Assembly: GCA_031282405.1 (NCBI GenBank)
Contig: JAITDU010000032.1
Coordinates: 11,154 to 75,153, forward strand
Reading direction: 5' to 3'
DNA length: 64,000 nucleotides
From: Coriobacteriales bacterium
GTDB taxonomy: Bacteria > Actinomycetota > Coriobacteriia > Coriobacteriales > UBA8131
A model generated the notes under the pieces. It saw only the letters and a list, made by a program, of their open reading frames with translations, did no database searches and was not told the DNA's origin. Every line of letters begins with the position of its first letter. Position 1 is the first letter of the stretch. Shown here one piece after another: positions 1 through 9,267 of this stretch. Position numbers and translations under genes: made by a program.

Positions 1-110
1 TCGACTACCGTAAAGCCAACGGACCATTCAGGAGCAAAGAGGATCTGATGCAGGTATCGGGCATCGGTCAAAAGAAATACGCTGCTATCGCAACCGCGAT
101 TACCATCTAA
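1..110 (+). CDS. comEA: ComEA-family DNA-binding protein, C-terminal fragment (5' end lies outside the window)
   Basis: Frame 3 reads DYRKANGPFRSKEDLMQVSGIGQKKYAAIATAITI*. This is a helix-hairpin-helix GIG motif typical of the ComEA C-terminus. It ends 5 nt before comEC. Confidence 0.75.
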   Translation, partial: DYRKANGPFRSKEDLMQVSGIGQKKYAAIATAITI

Positions 111-115
111 AGCGC

Positions 116-2743
116 GTGGTGGCACGGAGCGGCTGCGGTATGAAAGCACCCAGGCGGCTGTTGCGACCGGCATTTCCGCTTTTAGCTATACCTATGGCCT
201 TTGTCTGGTTAGGTAGTGTTTTGAGCTGTGAATGGGTCGCTTTTGGGCTGATCGCATTGCCATCGGAACAGGTTCAGTCATTGCCGCTCTGGCTTTTGTT
301 TTTACTGGCGGTGATGGCACTTTTGTTCACAGGAGCACTCATTCGACACCGCCGCGTTGCCCTCCTCGGTAAACTCGGCTTTTTGTCGCTGGCAGGCCTG
401 CTCGTGGCACTGGCGCTGGGCGCGAATTTCTGGCTTACAATCTTTGAGGACAGGCAAGATGGTAGTCTGGGTACCCTGACGACCGAAATGCAGGTCTTAG
501 ATGATCCGCACGAGTCTGCCTACAGCGCATATTCCCTTGTCAGCGCCTCTTTGGAGGACGGCCGGCGGATCAAGGCCCGACTGTTTTGGCCTGCTGAGCA
601 AACACCTTTACCTAAAGGGAGCAAACTTGTGGTCCAGGCTCCGTCGTTTATTCCGGTAGATACGGACCAACGGTGGTTGTTTGAACAGGGAATCTGCGGT
701 TCAATACGCACAAACGCCGTAGAAGATGCAGGTTTTGAGCCAACACTGCTGGGCGCCATCGATCGATTTCGTGCGGCCAATGTTGAGCGGATACAGGCCA
801 TGGATACTACCGGGGCGGCCCTGCTGTGCGGTGTTTTACTCGGTGATCGCACTGCGCTTGCCGACAGCGCGCTGGAACAGGATTTTATCAGCTGCGGCCT
901 CACTCACTTGATAGCTGTATCCGGCAGTCATCTGGCGGTCATTGCTACTATCTGTGGCTGGATCCTCTCCCGACTGCCGTTAGGCAAACGCCCGGGCGTG
1001 GCTCTTTTGTTGTTGGTACTGGCCACCTACGTATTTTTAACCGGATTGGCGCCCTCGGCGATACGTTCGGCGGTCATGGCGGCTGTCGCCGGCCTGTCCT
1101 TTGCCGTGGGCAGACGCGAGCATGCTCCGGCGGCTTTGGCGGCGAGTGCTCTGATCATGATGTTGGTATATCCACCCCATGCCTTTTCAGTGGGGTTTTG
1201 GTTGTCGGTCAGTGCGGTGCTAGGGATAACCCTGTTCTCCTCCCTGTTTCATGATTGGTTGATTAGCTTTACGATTGGCCGACCACCGGCGTTGATGCAT
1301 GTCTCTCAGATGTCGATGATGCCGGGTATATCCGCCGCGCTTTTTGGTGGTATTGCCCCAACAGGGCCGGATAACACACGTGATAGCAGCGTTGTCAGAG
1401 ACTCCGGATCCCATGTGCGCTTTCCGAACAGAGGAGACGACAAAGTGTTGAGTTGCTCTGAACAGGAAAGACTCAGAAGCTGGCAAAGTCGCCTCAAGCT
1501 ATTCAATCGGCCTTTAAGCGCGCTCGCTACCACTTTGGCCGCTACGGTGGCTACCCTTCCTATCGCGGTACCGGTATTCGCGGTCCTCTCACTGATCAGC
1601 CCCTTGGCCAATCTGCTGGTTGCGCCGCTTGTAGCCGTCATGTTGGCACTGGGCATGTTGGCACTGTGTCTCGGGCCGATTGCATATTGGCCAAGCGGGA
1701 TAGCACTGACTCTGGCAGGATGGCTGGGAGATGCCTGTGCTCAGGTGGCCGCCTGGATGGCCGCACTGCCGTATGCCTCAGTACCACTGGCTCTGGATAT
1801 TAAATTGTCAATTCCAATAGCAATTATTATTTTGACGGTCGTATATCGCCTCTGGCCACGCCCGCGCCGCTGTGTGACCCGCATAGCTTGCGCAGGTATG
1901 GTGGCCGTTGCCCTGGCCATGACGTTTGTGTCCTTACCGCTCACTCAGGCCCAGTTGGTCGTCATGGATATCGGTCAGGGTGACAGTATTCTCATTCGCG
2001 AGGGCAACGATGCCATTCTTATCGATACCGGTGCCTCTCCGTCTGCCCTCGTGCATGCTTTAGCCAGAAATCAGGTTACCCATCTGGATGCCGTGCTTAT
2101 CACTCATCTGGACACTGACCATGCGGCGGCATTGGGTCGTCTGCGCGGTCTGGTCCAAGTTGATGCTGTCTATTTTGCTGCCGGTCTGCTTGCGAATCAG
2201 GCAGAGGACACGGCGATTCGCGATGCCACAGATCTCGTGGGATCTGACAAGCTGCGCGAATTGACCGCAGGCGATCATTTAAGCGTAGGAAATCATCTTG
2301 AACTTACCAGCGTCTGGCCCGCTCAACAGGCACAAAGCGGTTCAAATGAGGAGAGTTTGTGTGTCGTACTTACCTATGATGCCGATAACGACCAGCATCC
2401 GGAGCACCAGGCACTGCTCACCGGCGATGTCGAGAGCCCTCAACTTGAACAGATTCTTGCCGTCTATCCTCGTTTACAGGCCGATATTCTCAAGGTCGGC
2501 CATCATGGCAGCAAAGATGCCATCACGGCCGAACAACTGCGGCTTCTGAACACCAAATATTCCCTGATCAGTGTTGGCGCCGATAATCGTTATGGACATC
2601 CTGCCTCAGACACGCTGGATATACTGGAGCAGTCCGGCTGTGTTGTGGCTCGCACCGATCTTTACGGCGACATCACGCTGACATTCTCTGCGCCTGATTT
2701 GGGCCTGCGCTATACTACCGGTACCCAGTATGATTACTACTGA
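116..2743 (+). CDS. comEC: DNA internalization-related competence protein ComEC/Rec2
   Basis: 875-aa ORF. It has a polytopic N-terminal competence domain (LTHLIAVSGSHLAV) and a C-terminal metallo-beta-lactamase fold (VVMDIGQGDSILI, HLDTDHAAAL, KVGHHGS). It follows comEA. The start is GTG, so the exact start is uncertain. Confidence 0.9.
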   Translation: MVARSGCGMKAPRRLLRPAFPLLAIPMAFVWLGSVLSCEWVAFGLIALPSEQVQSLPLWLLFLLAVMALLFTGALIRHRRVALLGKLGFLSLAGLLVALALGANFWLTIFEDRQDGSLGTLTTEMQVLDDPHESAYSAYSLVSASLEDGRRIKARLFWPAEQTPLPKGSKLVVQAPSFIPVDTDQRWLFEQGICGSIRTNAVEDAGFEPTLLGAIDRFRAANVERIQAMDTTGAALLCGVLLGDRTALADSALEQDFISCGLTHLIAVSGSHLAVIATICGWILSRLPLGKRPGVALLLLVLATYVFLTGLAPSAIRSAVMAAVAGLSFAVGRREHAPAALAASALIMMLVYPPHAFSVGFWLSVSAVLGITLFSSLFHDWLISFTIGRPPALMHVSQMSMMPGISAALFGGIAPTGPDNTRDSSVVRDSGSHVRFPNRGDDKVLSCSEQERLRSWQSRLKLFNRPLSALATTLAATVATLPIAVPVFAVLSLISPLANLLVAPLVAVMLALGMLALCLGPIAYWPSGIALTLAGWLGDACAQVAAWMAALPYASVPLALDIKLSIPIAIIILTVVYRLWPRPRRCVTRIACAGMVAVALAMTFVSLPLTQAQLVVMDIGQGDSILIREGNDAILIDTGASPSALVHALARNQVTHLDAVLITHLDTDHAAALGRLRGLVQVDAVYFAAGLLANQAEDTAIRDATDLVGSDKLRELTAGDHLSVGNHLELTSVWPAQQAQSGSNEESLCVVLTYDADNDQHPEHQALLTGDVESPQLEQILAVYPRLQADILKVGHHGSKDAITAEQLRLLNTKYSLISVGADNRYGHPASDTLDILEQSGCVVARTDLYGDITLTFSAPDLGLRYTTGTQYDYY

Positions 2744-2887
2744 TGTTCAGCGCTCTTGCCGTTGACCTTTAGACCTTGTGTGCTGTCAGCAGGGAGAATC
2801 AGACGAGCGGCTCAGAGGATAGAGTCAACCGAGAGAACCAGACGATAAGACCAGGCGAGAACGAATGCAGCCGACCCATGACGGGAT

Positions 2888-3886
2888 ATGATGCACGCTA
2901 GCGACAAAGAAGTAAAAACCGATAAGACCGACAAAGGACTCCTGCCGGTATATCTGTTTGTGGGAGATGACAAACTCAAGGTCACTGCGCTTGAAAAACG
3001 GCTTTTGCAGCGCTTGCAACAAAGCGGTGATGTTACTTTTAATTCCCAGACTTTTGATGCGGGGCTGCACATTGATGTCGAGTTGCTCCTGGATGCGCTC
3101 AATACTCCGCCGTTAGCCTCGCCACTGCGATTGGTGACCGTCAGAGATGTTGACAAGGCCGGCCAAGGTGTCCTCGCAGCGCTTGTAAGCTATCTACATA
3201 AGCCGCTGACTACGACCGTCCTCGTGCTGATCGCCACAAAACTGACGGCAAACTCCCGCCTGCTTAAGGCCGTAGAGAGCGTCAACCCCAAGGCTGTCAT
3301 CGACACCGCCACGAAGAAACGCTCCGAAATGCCGCACATGGTGCGCCAGCTGGCACAGAGTTATGGCATCACTATCAGCCATGATGCTACCCTGGAATTG
3401 TTGGAGCTTGTCGGTAATTCAACTGTCGCTCTCAATACCGAGATGCAAAAGCTGGCTTCCTTCGCCCAGGCCGTAAGCAAAAACCACATCGCCCTTGAGG
3501 ACGTTCGCTCGGTGGTCTCCAGGAGCAATCAGTATAGCGTTTGGGATTTTGTCGATGCTTTTTCCAAGCGCGACCTCTTGCGCTGCGTTACGCTGCTGAA
3601 CGTTATGCCCAAAGAATCGTCCCTGAGTCTTTTGGCGCTTTGTACGATACGGGTACGCGAGCTTTTGCAGGTCAAGGCGCTTGAAGCGCGAGGAAACAGC
3701 AACGTGACCCGCGAACTGCACCGGCCGGCCTGGCAAGTCCAACGACTCCAACGCGCCAGCGGTAACTTCTCATCTGAGCGCCTCAGACAGATATTGGCCT
3801 TGATAGCTCAGACGGATATGCGCATGAAGTCAGAAAAAGACCCTCGCCAGGCTCTGATTGAGTTGCTTGTGTTTGCCTGCGGATGA
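2888..3886 (+). CDS. holA: DNA polymerase III subunit delta
   Basis: 332-aa ORF. The N-terminus LLPVYLFVGDDKLKV and the overall length match HolA. The comEC-holA order is conserved in Gram-positive bacteria. Confidence 0.85.
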   Translation: MMHASDKEVKTDKTDKGLLPVYLFVGDDKLKVTALEKRLLQRLQQSGDVTFNSQTFDAGLHIDVELLLDALNTPPLASPLRLVTVRDVDKAGQGVLAALVSYLHKPLTTTVLVLIATKLTANSRLLKAVESVNPKAVIDTATKKRSEMPHMVRQLAQSYGITISHDATLELLELVGNSTVALNTEMQKLASFAQAVSKNHIALEDVRSVVSRSNQYSVWDFVDAFSKRDLLRCVTLLNVMPKESSLSLLALCTIRVRELLQVKALEARGNSNVTRELHRPAWQVQRLQRASGNFSSERLRQILALIAQTDMRMKSEKDPRQALIELLVFACG

Positions 3887-4007
3887 TTTCGGAGAAAAAG
3901 AGCCGCTTAAAGTCTGCCTGGAACCGCAAAACGACATCAAATGTGGGGAAAATGTGAAGAAATCATGGAGATTCCATGTAGAATGCTATGCTTGTTCAGC
4001 TATTGTC

Positions 4008-4030
4008 CGATCCACAGGATCGACGTTTTT
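4008..4030 (+). terminator. Candidate intrinsic terminator after holA
   Basis: Stem CGATCC/GGATCG (6 bp) with loop ACA, followed by ACGTTTTT. Confidence 0.4.
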
Positions 4031-4050
4031 GTCCCATTCGTTTTATTTGA

Positions 4051-5601
4051 TTGGAAGTGGCTACCGTATTCACGCCTATGATCATAGTACAGTTTGTATC
4101 CCTGATGGTATCGGCAGGTGTGCTCATCTATGCTCTTTCATGCTGGCGGCAAAGCCGCATGGCCTTTTTTGCCTATACGGCGCTGGCGGTGCTTTTCAAC
4201 GTCCTCGGCTATTTCCTGGAAGTCACAGCCAGCGACCTCAATGCGGCCATTGTTGCCTGTAAGGTGACCTACACGGGTGCGCCGCTCACGGGGGTGATGC
4301 TGTTTTTCTTCTCTTTGGATTACACCGGCCGAAAGAGGATAGCTGCTCCCGCACGCAATACGATAATCGGCATAGCTTTGCTGTTCACGGTTTCTACCTT
4401 CCTCTATCCGGATATACCCTTGTTCTATTCCAATTTGGAGTTCAGTACCGAGGGCTTGGTCAACCATTTGGTGGTCACACCCGGGCCGTTGTATTATCCG
4501 TGTTTCGCATTCACCTTCATATTCACGATCTGGGCTTTCTTCAATCTTGTAGTTGGTTTTATCCGCGAGAAGCGCTATGAAGGCTCGCTCGTATTCATAT
4601 TCAGTATTGCGCTGCCGCTGTTAGCTCAAGTCTATGCCATCGTATTTGGTCTTATCAATGGGTGGAGCCCGGTGCGCGCAGCCCTTGCCTTCGGCATTTT
4701 GCTCCTTGCCATATTCCTTTCGCGTTATCGGCAGGCCGAATGGCAAAGTATCGGCCGCGAACAGGTCGTCCAAGAAATGCAGGATGCCTTCATCCTCATC
4801 GACAACAAGGGCATGGTATTGGACTACAATCTTTCGGCAGCGGGCTACTTTCCTGCCCTGGGCAGCAAGACCGGAAAAGTTACCCTTAGCGAACTATGGG
4901 ACTTCCCTGTGGTGAACTACACCCACTATGGTACCTACCAGACGGATTTTGACAAGAACGGCCGTATACTCAATCTCAAAGTGACGACTGCTCCTTTGGA
5001 TGCCAATGGCAAGGTGACCGGTACCTGCGTCACCATCAACGATGATACGGTCAATCACCTGATGATGCAGGAATTGTCCCGATTGGCGCGCCGCGATGAT
5101 TTGACGGGCCTAAACAACCGGGCGACGTTTTTTCAGGATGCTACTACGAGTTTTGATCTGGCGGTGCGCCAAGGCGAACTGACCGGTTGCGCGATGATGA
5201 TGGACATCGATTTCTTCAAGGATGTCAACGATACCTATGGCCACGCTGTGGGTGATGAGGTGCTGCGTTTCATGGGTAAATTGCTTATCAAGCGTCTGCG
5301 CCACACCGATATCATTGGCCGCTATGGCGGAGAGGAACTGGTCGTTTGGATGCCGGCAACTTCGCTTGAAGGTGCCAAACGGGTGGCCGAGGAGATCAGG
5401 GTTGCCGTCCAAGAGGAGCACTTCGAGGTCGGCAGCGCGCGATTTAATGTGACAATCAGTATTGGCATAGTCGATATGGCCAGCGTCGAATTGCGCGATT
5501 TTGAAGACCTGATCAAGAAAGCTGACCTAGCCCTCTATGAGGCCAAAAATACCGGACGCAATCGCGTCTGTGTTTACAATGAAAAGCCGGGCGGCTGCTA
5601 G
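4051..5601 (+). CDS. Membrane-anchored diguanylate cyclase (multi-TM N-terminal sensor, PAS-like linker, GGDEF domain)
   Basis: 516-aa ORF. About 7 hydrophobic segments in the first 230 aa. C-terminal GGDEF domain with DIDFFKDVNDTYGH and the active-site RYGGEELVVW. Start uncertain: TTG at 4051 or ATG at 4078. Confidence 0.85.
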   Translation: MEVATVFTPMIIVQFVSLMVSAGVLIYALSCWRQSRMAFFAYTALAVLFNVLGYFLEVTASDLNAAIVACKVTYTGAPLTGVMLFFFSLDYTGRKRIAAPARNTIIGIALLFTVSTFLYPDIPLFYSNLEFSTEGLVNHLVVTPGPLYYPCFAFTFIFTIWAFFNLVVGFIREKRYEGSLVFIFSIALPLLAQVYAIVFGLINGWSPVRAALAFGILLLAIFLSRYRQAEWQSIGREQVVQEMQDAFILIDNKGMVLDYNLSAAGYFPALGSKTGKVTLSELWDFPVVNYTHYGTYQTDFDKNGRILNLKVTTAPLDANGKVTGTCVTINDDTVNHLMMQELSRLARRDDLTGLNNRATFFQDATTSFDLAVRQGELTGCAMMMDIDFFKDVNDTYGHAVGDEVLRFMGKLLIKRLRHTDIIGRYGGEELVVWMPATSLEGAKRVAEEIRVAVQEEHFEVGSARFNVTISIGIVDMASVELRDFEDLIKKADLALYEAKNTGRNRVCVYNEKPGGC

Positions 5602-5765
5602 GAGCTTCTTGCTCCGAGAGGACGGGGCAGTTGTCTACTCTGGCCAGGCTCCGCAGCTGCAGTGCTGCCAGAGCACGGCGGGCGTAAAACCATGAGCCCT
5701 ACGGGCTCGGTCGGCCAGAATAGGCCACCTTATACGTCACCATTACAGAGTGATTATCTCTCTGC

Positions 5766-8570
5766 TTATCTCCCAGGTGGTGTTTGTTCGATTTGATCTG
5801 TGTCGGCTGACGGCTGGCTGTGCGCCGCGCCTGTCTCCCTCTCGTTACCTGTTGCGTTAGCAGGCATTCTGTTGGGGGATTGCGCCGCAGCAATCGCAGG
5901 ACTCGGCTTATCTTTGAGGTCGATTTTTTGGTGTTTGACCAGGAAGTTATACAACGCGCTGATGGCAAAGCAGATAAGGCCGCCGCCGATGAACGACGCC
6001 ACGCGCATGACGGAATTGACCTCGCCAATGTCAAGTATCGTGAGTTTGAGTACGCAGATGACCAGGCCGATAAGCCCCACCAGCCTGAGCGAGCGCGCGC
6101 GCGCCCAAAAGCCGAGCGCAACAATCAGAAGCGCTGCGATCATACAGGCCAAACTGCTTACATAGGAAAGGTCCTGGGTGCCCACGAGACCATAGACCAG
6201 ACCCAGTACTACGAGGAATAGGGCCAGAGCGCTTATCGCTTCGCTGTCGCTGTTTGGTAGCGGCCGATCCTCGCGGCGGGCCAGGGCACTGGCGGCGGCC
6301 ACCTGGCGGATGCGTTCAATCATCAATGCCAGGCAAAACGCGGCCAAAAACACGTGCATTACCAGAGCAAGGGTGCCTTCGCGCTGGATAGCCAGCTCAA
6401 TGAAGGCCAAAAACATCAGCGCATATTCATTAATGCGATACGGTAGAGTTGGCCTGTCGCGTTTGGCAAAGTGAAAAGCTCCGGCGCAAAGAACGGAGAC
6501 GAGCAGTGCCGCCGCAAGCGTAAAGCCATACGGGACGTTGGGAAATGCCCAGACAAGCAGCGTCCCAGCCGTAAGCCCACCTCCTCCCGAGCCCTGGGCA
6601 TAAAGCGTCTGCAGGGCAATCACTATAAGCGACAGTTCAGCCAGGACCAGCACCACAAACCTGATAACAGGTACAAAACGCTGTCTGATTTTTGCGGTAA
6701 GTTGAACTGAGACGCATACAATTAAAGCTAATATAACAATAAGGTAGCTTATTGAGAAAAGCAGAGGAGAGAGCTTCTCTAAGGTGCCGTAGCCCCGTAC
6801 CAGCATGAAAATCGCATCTAATCCCAGGCCTGTCAGTGCCAGATAGCAGTAGAGGTCGTCTTTTGCTATTCTCCCCAAGACTCCGAGGAGTGCCGCCGGC
6901 ACAATCAAATAGAGCAGTCGTGTGTCATTGACGTATTGAGCCATCGTGAGGAAGCTATCGCTCGGTTCACCGAGGAATTGCCAGAGGCAGATCAGGGCAA
7001 GATAAGCTGCCAGTATGCCGACCAGGGCGCGCTCGACAACGCGGGGGTAGTCCAAGGTGTTGCGCAGGCGTGTCAATCCTATCATTACTGCTGCGACCAG
7101 TGCGAACACCACCAGTGCCGTCAGTTCGCGGGCGAGCAGAAGTTCACCCACAGAGCTTGGTTCTAACAACCAATAGACCAGCAGCAGGATATCGAGGTGC
7201 ACAGCCGCCAGCCACAGGACTGTTGTGGCGATGCTCAGCAATAATCGAGGCGTTGTGTTTTTAATGCGATTGCAAGAGACGAACAGCATCCAGGCCAAGG
7301 CGCTTGAACAGACGAACTGTATGAGCAAAAACGCCGTAGCGAAGCCCCAGGGTTCCAAGTATCCCAGTCCGGGGGTAGGCCACGAGACGCCGGGGGCGAC
7401 AAGCACAGAGGCGAACACCGCCAGTCCCAGGCTGGCAAACAGCCCAAAACGGTAGGTACGCTTATAGCAAAGGATGTTCCCGACAAGAATCACAGTTGCG
7501 CAGGCAAGTTGATAAACCAAAACGATTATGAGGGTGCTTTCGTCAAGGCCTTTGAGATAGAGGGCGCAGACAGAAATGAGCATGCCGGCGTGCATGATAA
7601 TAGACAGTAACAGCGATTGTGTTCGTTTGACCAACACGAATCCCAAGGCTATCCAGGCGAGCAGAGCTGCCATTGCCACAAGGTCGTCTATGGCTTTAAA
7701 CCAGAGGTTTGTGAGCAAAATGGAGATAAAAAACGCGCCGCAGCCGCAGCCGAGCAGCGCTTTTGTGAAGGGATTGGCGAAGGCGCGGTCCAGCAGTAGG
7801 CCACCGACGGTGAGCAGGGCGCTGAGCAGGAACATGGCGGCGATCTTCCAGCTGTCGCTTAAAGAGGGTACTACCAAAAAACCCAGGAATACCAGCCCTA
7901 AAAATACGAGCACAGAGGCTATGATTCCAATGACATTACGTCCAAACAAAGTTTCATATGAGGCGTGGGGCTTTGTGAATTTTGGCTTGCTTATCGGCCT
8001 GTTCAGATAGGATAGTACGGGGCGCTCAGACGGAATGGGGCTTGTGATTGGCGCTTGTGGCGTTAGTGTTACGGGTGCTCCTGTGGGTGGCGCAGGAGCA
8101 GAAGATGCAGAGGTGGTCGGAGCAGCTAAGGTCGAGGCTGCCGGAATCAGGGGCGCCTGCGCCGGTGGAGGTGTTGGTGTCAAGGGTGTGGCTTGCGCCG
8201 CTTGGGCCGAGGCAGTCCAGGTAGCCGCTGGCGCGGTTGGAATGGCAGAGGCAATTGGAGCTGCCGGAGCAGCTAAGGTCGAGGCTGCCGGAATCAGGGG
8301 CGCCTGCGCCGGTGGTGCGGATGGTACTCGAACGGCTGCTCGCGCTTGCGGTGCAACGGGGGCGGGTGTTTGTACGCGTGAGGCATCCGAGGAAGGGCTG
8401 GCGGTGGTGGTGGTGGTACTGTGCTCATGTTGGCGCCGCAATTCGGCCAATTCGCGACGCAGGCCTCTCAGCAGTATCAAGTTCACCACCGGGATGCCTA
8501 CTGCTGCTAAGCCGAGGACAATCAAGAAGATTACGAACAAGGTTGCGTTATACATCAGCGGGCCTTTCAC
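5766..8570 (-). CDS. DUF2339-like large polytopic membrane protein with a Pro/Ala/Thr-rich N-terminal linker
   Basis: 934-aa ORF. One N-terminal TM helix and a short charged helix (LRRELAELRRQHE) are followed by about 170 aa of P/A/T-rich sequence and then more than 20 hydrophobic segments. Start is GTG at 8570 (overlapping the upstream stop) or ATG at 8555. Confidence 0.7.
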   Translation of the reverse strand: MKGPLMYNATLFVIFLIVLGLAAVGIPVVNLILLRGLRRELAELRRQHEHSTTTTTASPSSDASRVQTPAPVAPQARAAVRVPSAPPAQAPLIPAASTLAAPAAPIASAIPTAPAATWTASAQAAQATPLTPTPPPAQAPLIPAASTLAAPTTSASSAPAPPTGAPVTLTPQAPITSPIPSERPVLSYLNRPISKPKFTKPHASYETLFGRNVIGIIASVLVFLGLVFLGFLVVPSLSDSWKIAAMFLLSALLTVGGLLLDRAFANPFTKALLGCGCGAFFISILLTNLWFKAIDDLVAMAALLAWIALGFVLVKRTQSLLLSIIMHAGMLISVCALYLKGLDESTLIIVLVYQLACATVILVGNILCYKRTYRFGLFASLGLAVFASVLVAPGVSWPTPGLGYLEPWGFATAFLLIQFVCSSALAWMLFVSCNRIKNTTPRLLLSIATTVLWLAAVHLDILLLVYWLLEPSSVGELLLARELTALVVFALVAAVMIGLTRLRNTLDYPRVVERALVGILAAYLALICLWQFLGEPSDSFLTMAQYVNDTRLLYLIVPAALLGVLGRIAKDDLYCYLALTGLGLDAIFMLVRGYGTLEKLSPLLFSISYLIVILALIVCVSVQLTAKIRQRFVPVIRFVVLVLAELSLIVIALQTLYAQGSGGGGLTAGTLLVWAFPNVPYGFTLAAALLVSVLCAGAFHFAKRDRPTLPYRINEYALMFLAFIELAIQREGTLALVMHVFLAAFCLALMIERIRQVAAASALARREDRPLPNSDSEAISALALFLVVLGLVYGLVGTQDLSYVSSLACMIAALLIVALGFWARARSLRLVGLIGLVICVLKLTILDIGEVNSVMRVASFIGGGLICFAISALYNFLVKHQKIDLKDKPSPAIAAAQSPNRMPANATGNERETGAAHSQPSADTDQIEQTPPGR
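8118..8315. repeat. Exact 51-bp direct repeat (8118-8168 and 8265-8315) inside the DUF2339 gene
   Basis: CGGAGCAGCTAAGGTCGAGGCTGCCGGAATCAGGGGCGCCTGCGCCGGTGG occurs twice, 147 bp apart. It encodes PPAQAPLIPAASTLAAP twice on the minus strand. Confidence 0.9.
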
Positions 8571-9037
8571 TCAGAACCGTTATAGAGTGGCAACATATCG
8601 TCAATGTCAAATGACGACATGACACGTTGTCCATCTGTGTCTAAAAGCCGGTAGTGCTGCGACAGGATATTCTGTTGGATAACAAAGCGATCATTTCTCA
8701 GGATGTCTGACCACCAGCGTCGCCTGAGTCGCCTTTGGGGTTGCTTCAGAGGTTGGCCGGCAAAAGCCAGAGCAAGAATGATGTCGACGGAATTGCCGCC
8801 AAAGACTCCGGCCAAAACCTCACTCTCGGCAAAGATGGTACAGAGCACGACCGCGCCAGCCCAGCCCAGTGAGCGGCGTTGCTTCTCGATCTCAACCAGA
8901 GTCTTTTTTGAGATACCCAGCACAATGGCCATTTTTTCCTGACTGAGACCATGCTCCACACGCACCAGCTTCACTTTTGAGTCGCATAAAGCGATGTACT
9001 CGTTTCGATCCATTCGTTCCAATCGCCTCGGGGTCAT
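8567..9037 (-). CDS. XRE-family helix-turn-helix regulator with a hydrophobic central segment and an uncharacterised C-terminal domain
   Basis: 156-aa ORF. HTH region GLSQEKMAIVLGISKKTLVEIEKQRR, then the hydrophobic stretch WAGAVVLCTIFAESEVLAGVFGG...IILALAFAG. Its stop overlaps the GTG start of the DUF2339 gene. Confidence 0.75.
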   Translation of the reverse strand: MTPRRLERMDRNEYIALCDSKVKLVRVEHGLSQEKMAIVLGISKKTLVEIEKQRRSLGWAGAVVLCTIFAESEVLAGVFGGNSVDIILALAFAGQPLKQPQRRLRRRWWSDILRNDRFVIQQNILSQHYRLLDTDGQRVMSSFDIDDMLPLYNGSE

Positions 9038-9068
9038 CGTGTCATCCGAAATTTAAATAGTAACTTAA

Positions 9069-9084
9069 AGTGTAATATTACACT
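9069..9084. promoter_or_regulatory. Perfect 16-bp palindrome, candidate operator in the XRE/tig divergent region
   Basis: AGTGTAATATTACACT lies 32 bp upstream of the XRE gene start, in an AT-rich intergenic region. Confidence 0.35.
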
Positions 9085-9267
9085 AATTGTGTATATATTG
9101 CAAGGAAAAATTTCTCGTATAAACTATTGAGCTGCTTGGCTGGCTGTCTGCCGCCGGATTGCGCATCGTCTTATGCCTGAGTGCTTTAAGCAGGTCCGCT
9201 CTATGTTATATTTATACAGTGTAGAAAATCCCGCAGTAGAGAAAGCTCAAGAGAAAGTTGGCAGGTA

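Noticed and set aside
1-3886. comEA-comEC-holA together with the distant comFC as a possible horizontally acquired competence island
   Set aside because: This gene order is the conserved chromosomal arrangement in Gram-positive bacteria. There is no compositional break or mobility gene.
8035-8622. 195-aa plus-strand Gly/Ala-rich ORF opposite the DUF2339 linker
   Set aside because: It is the mirror of the Pro/Ala-rich coding repeat on the minus strand and has no independent signals.
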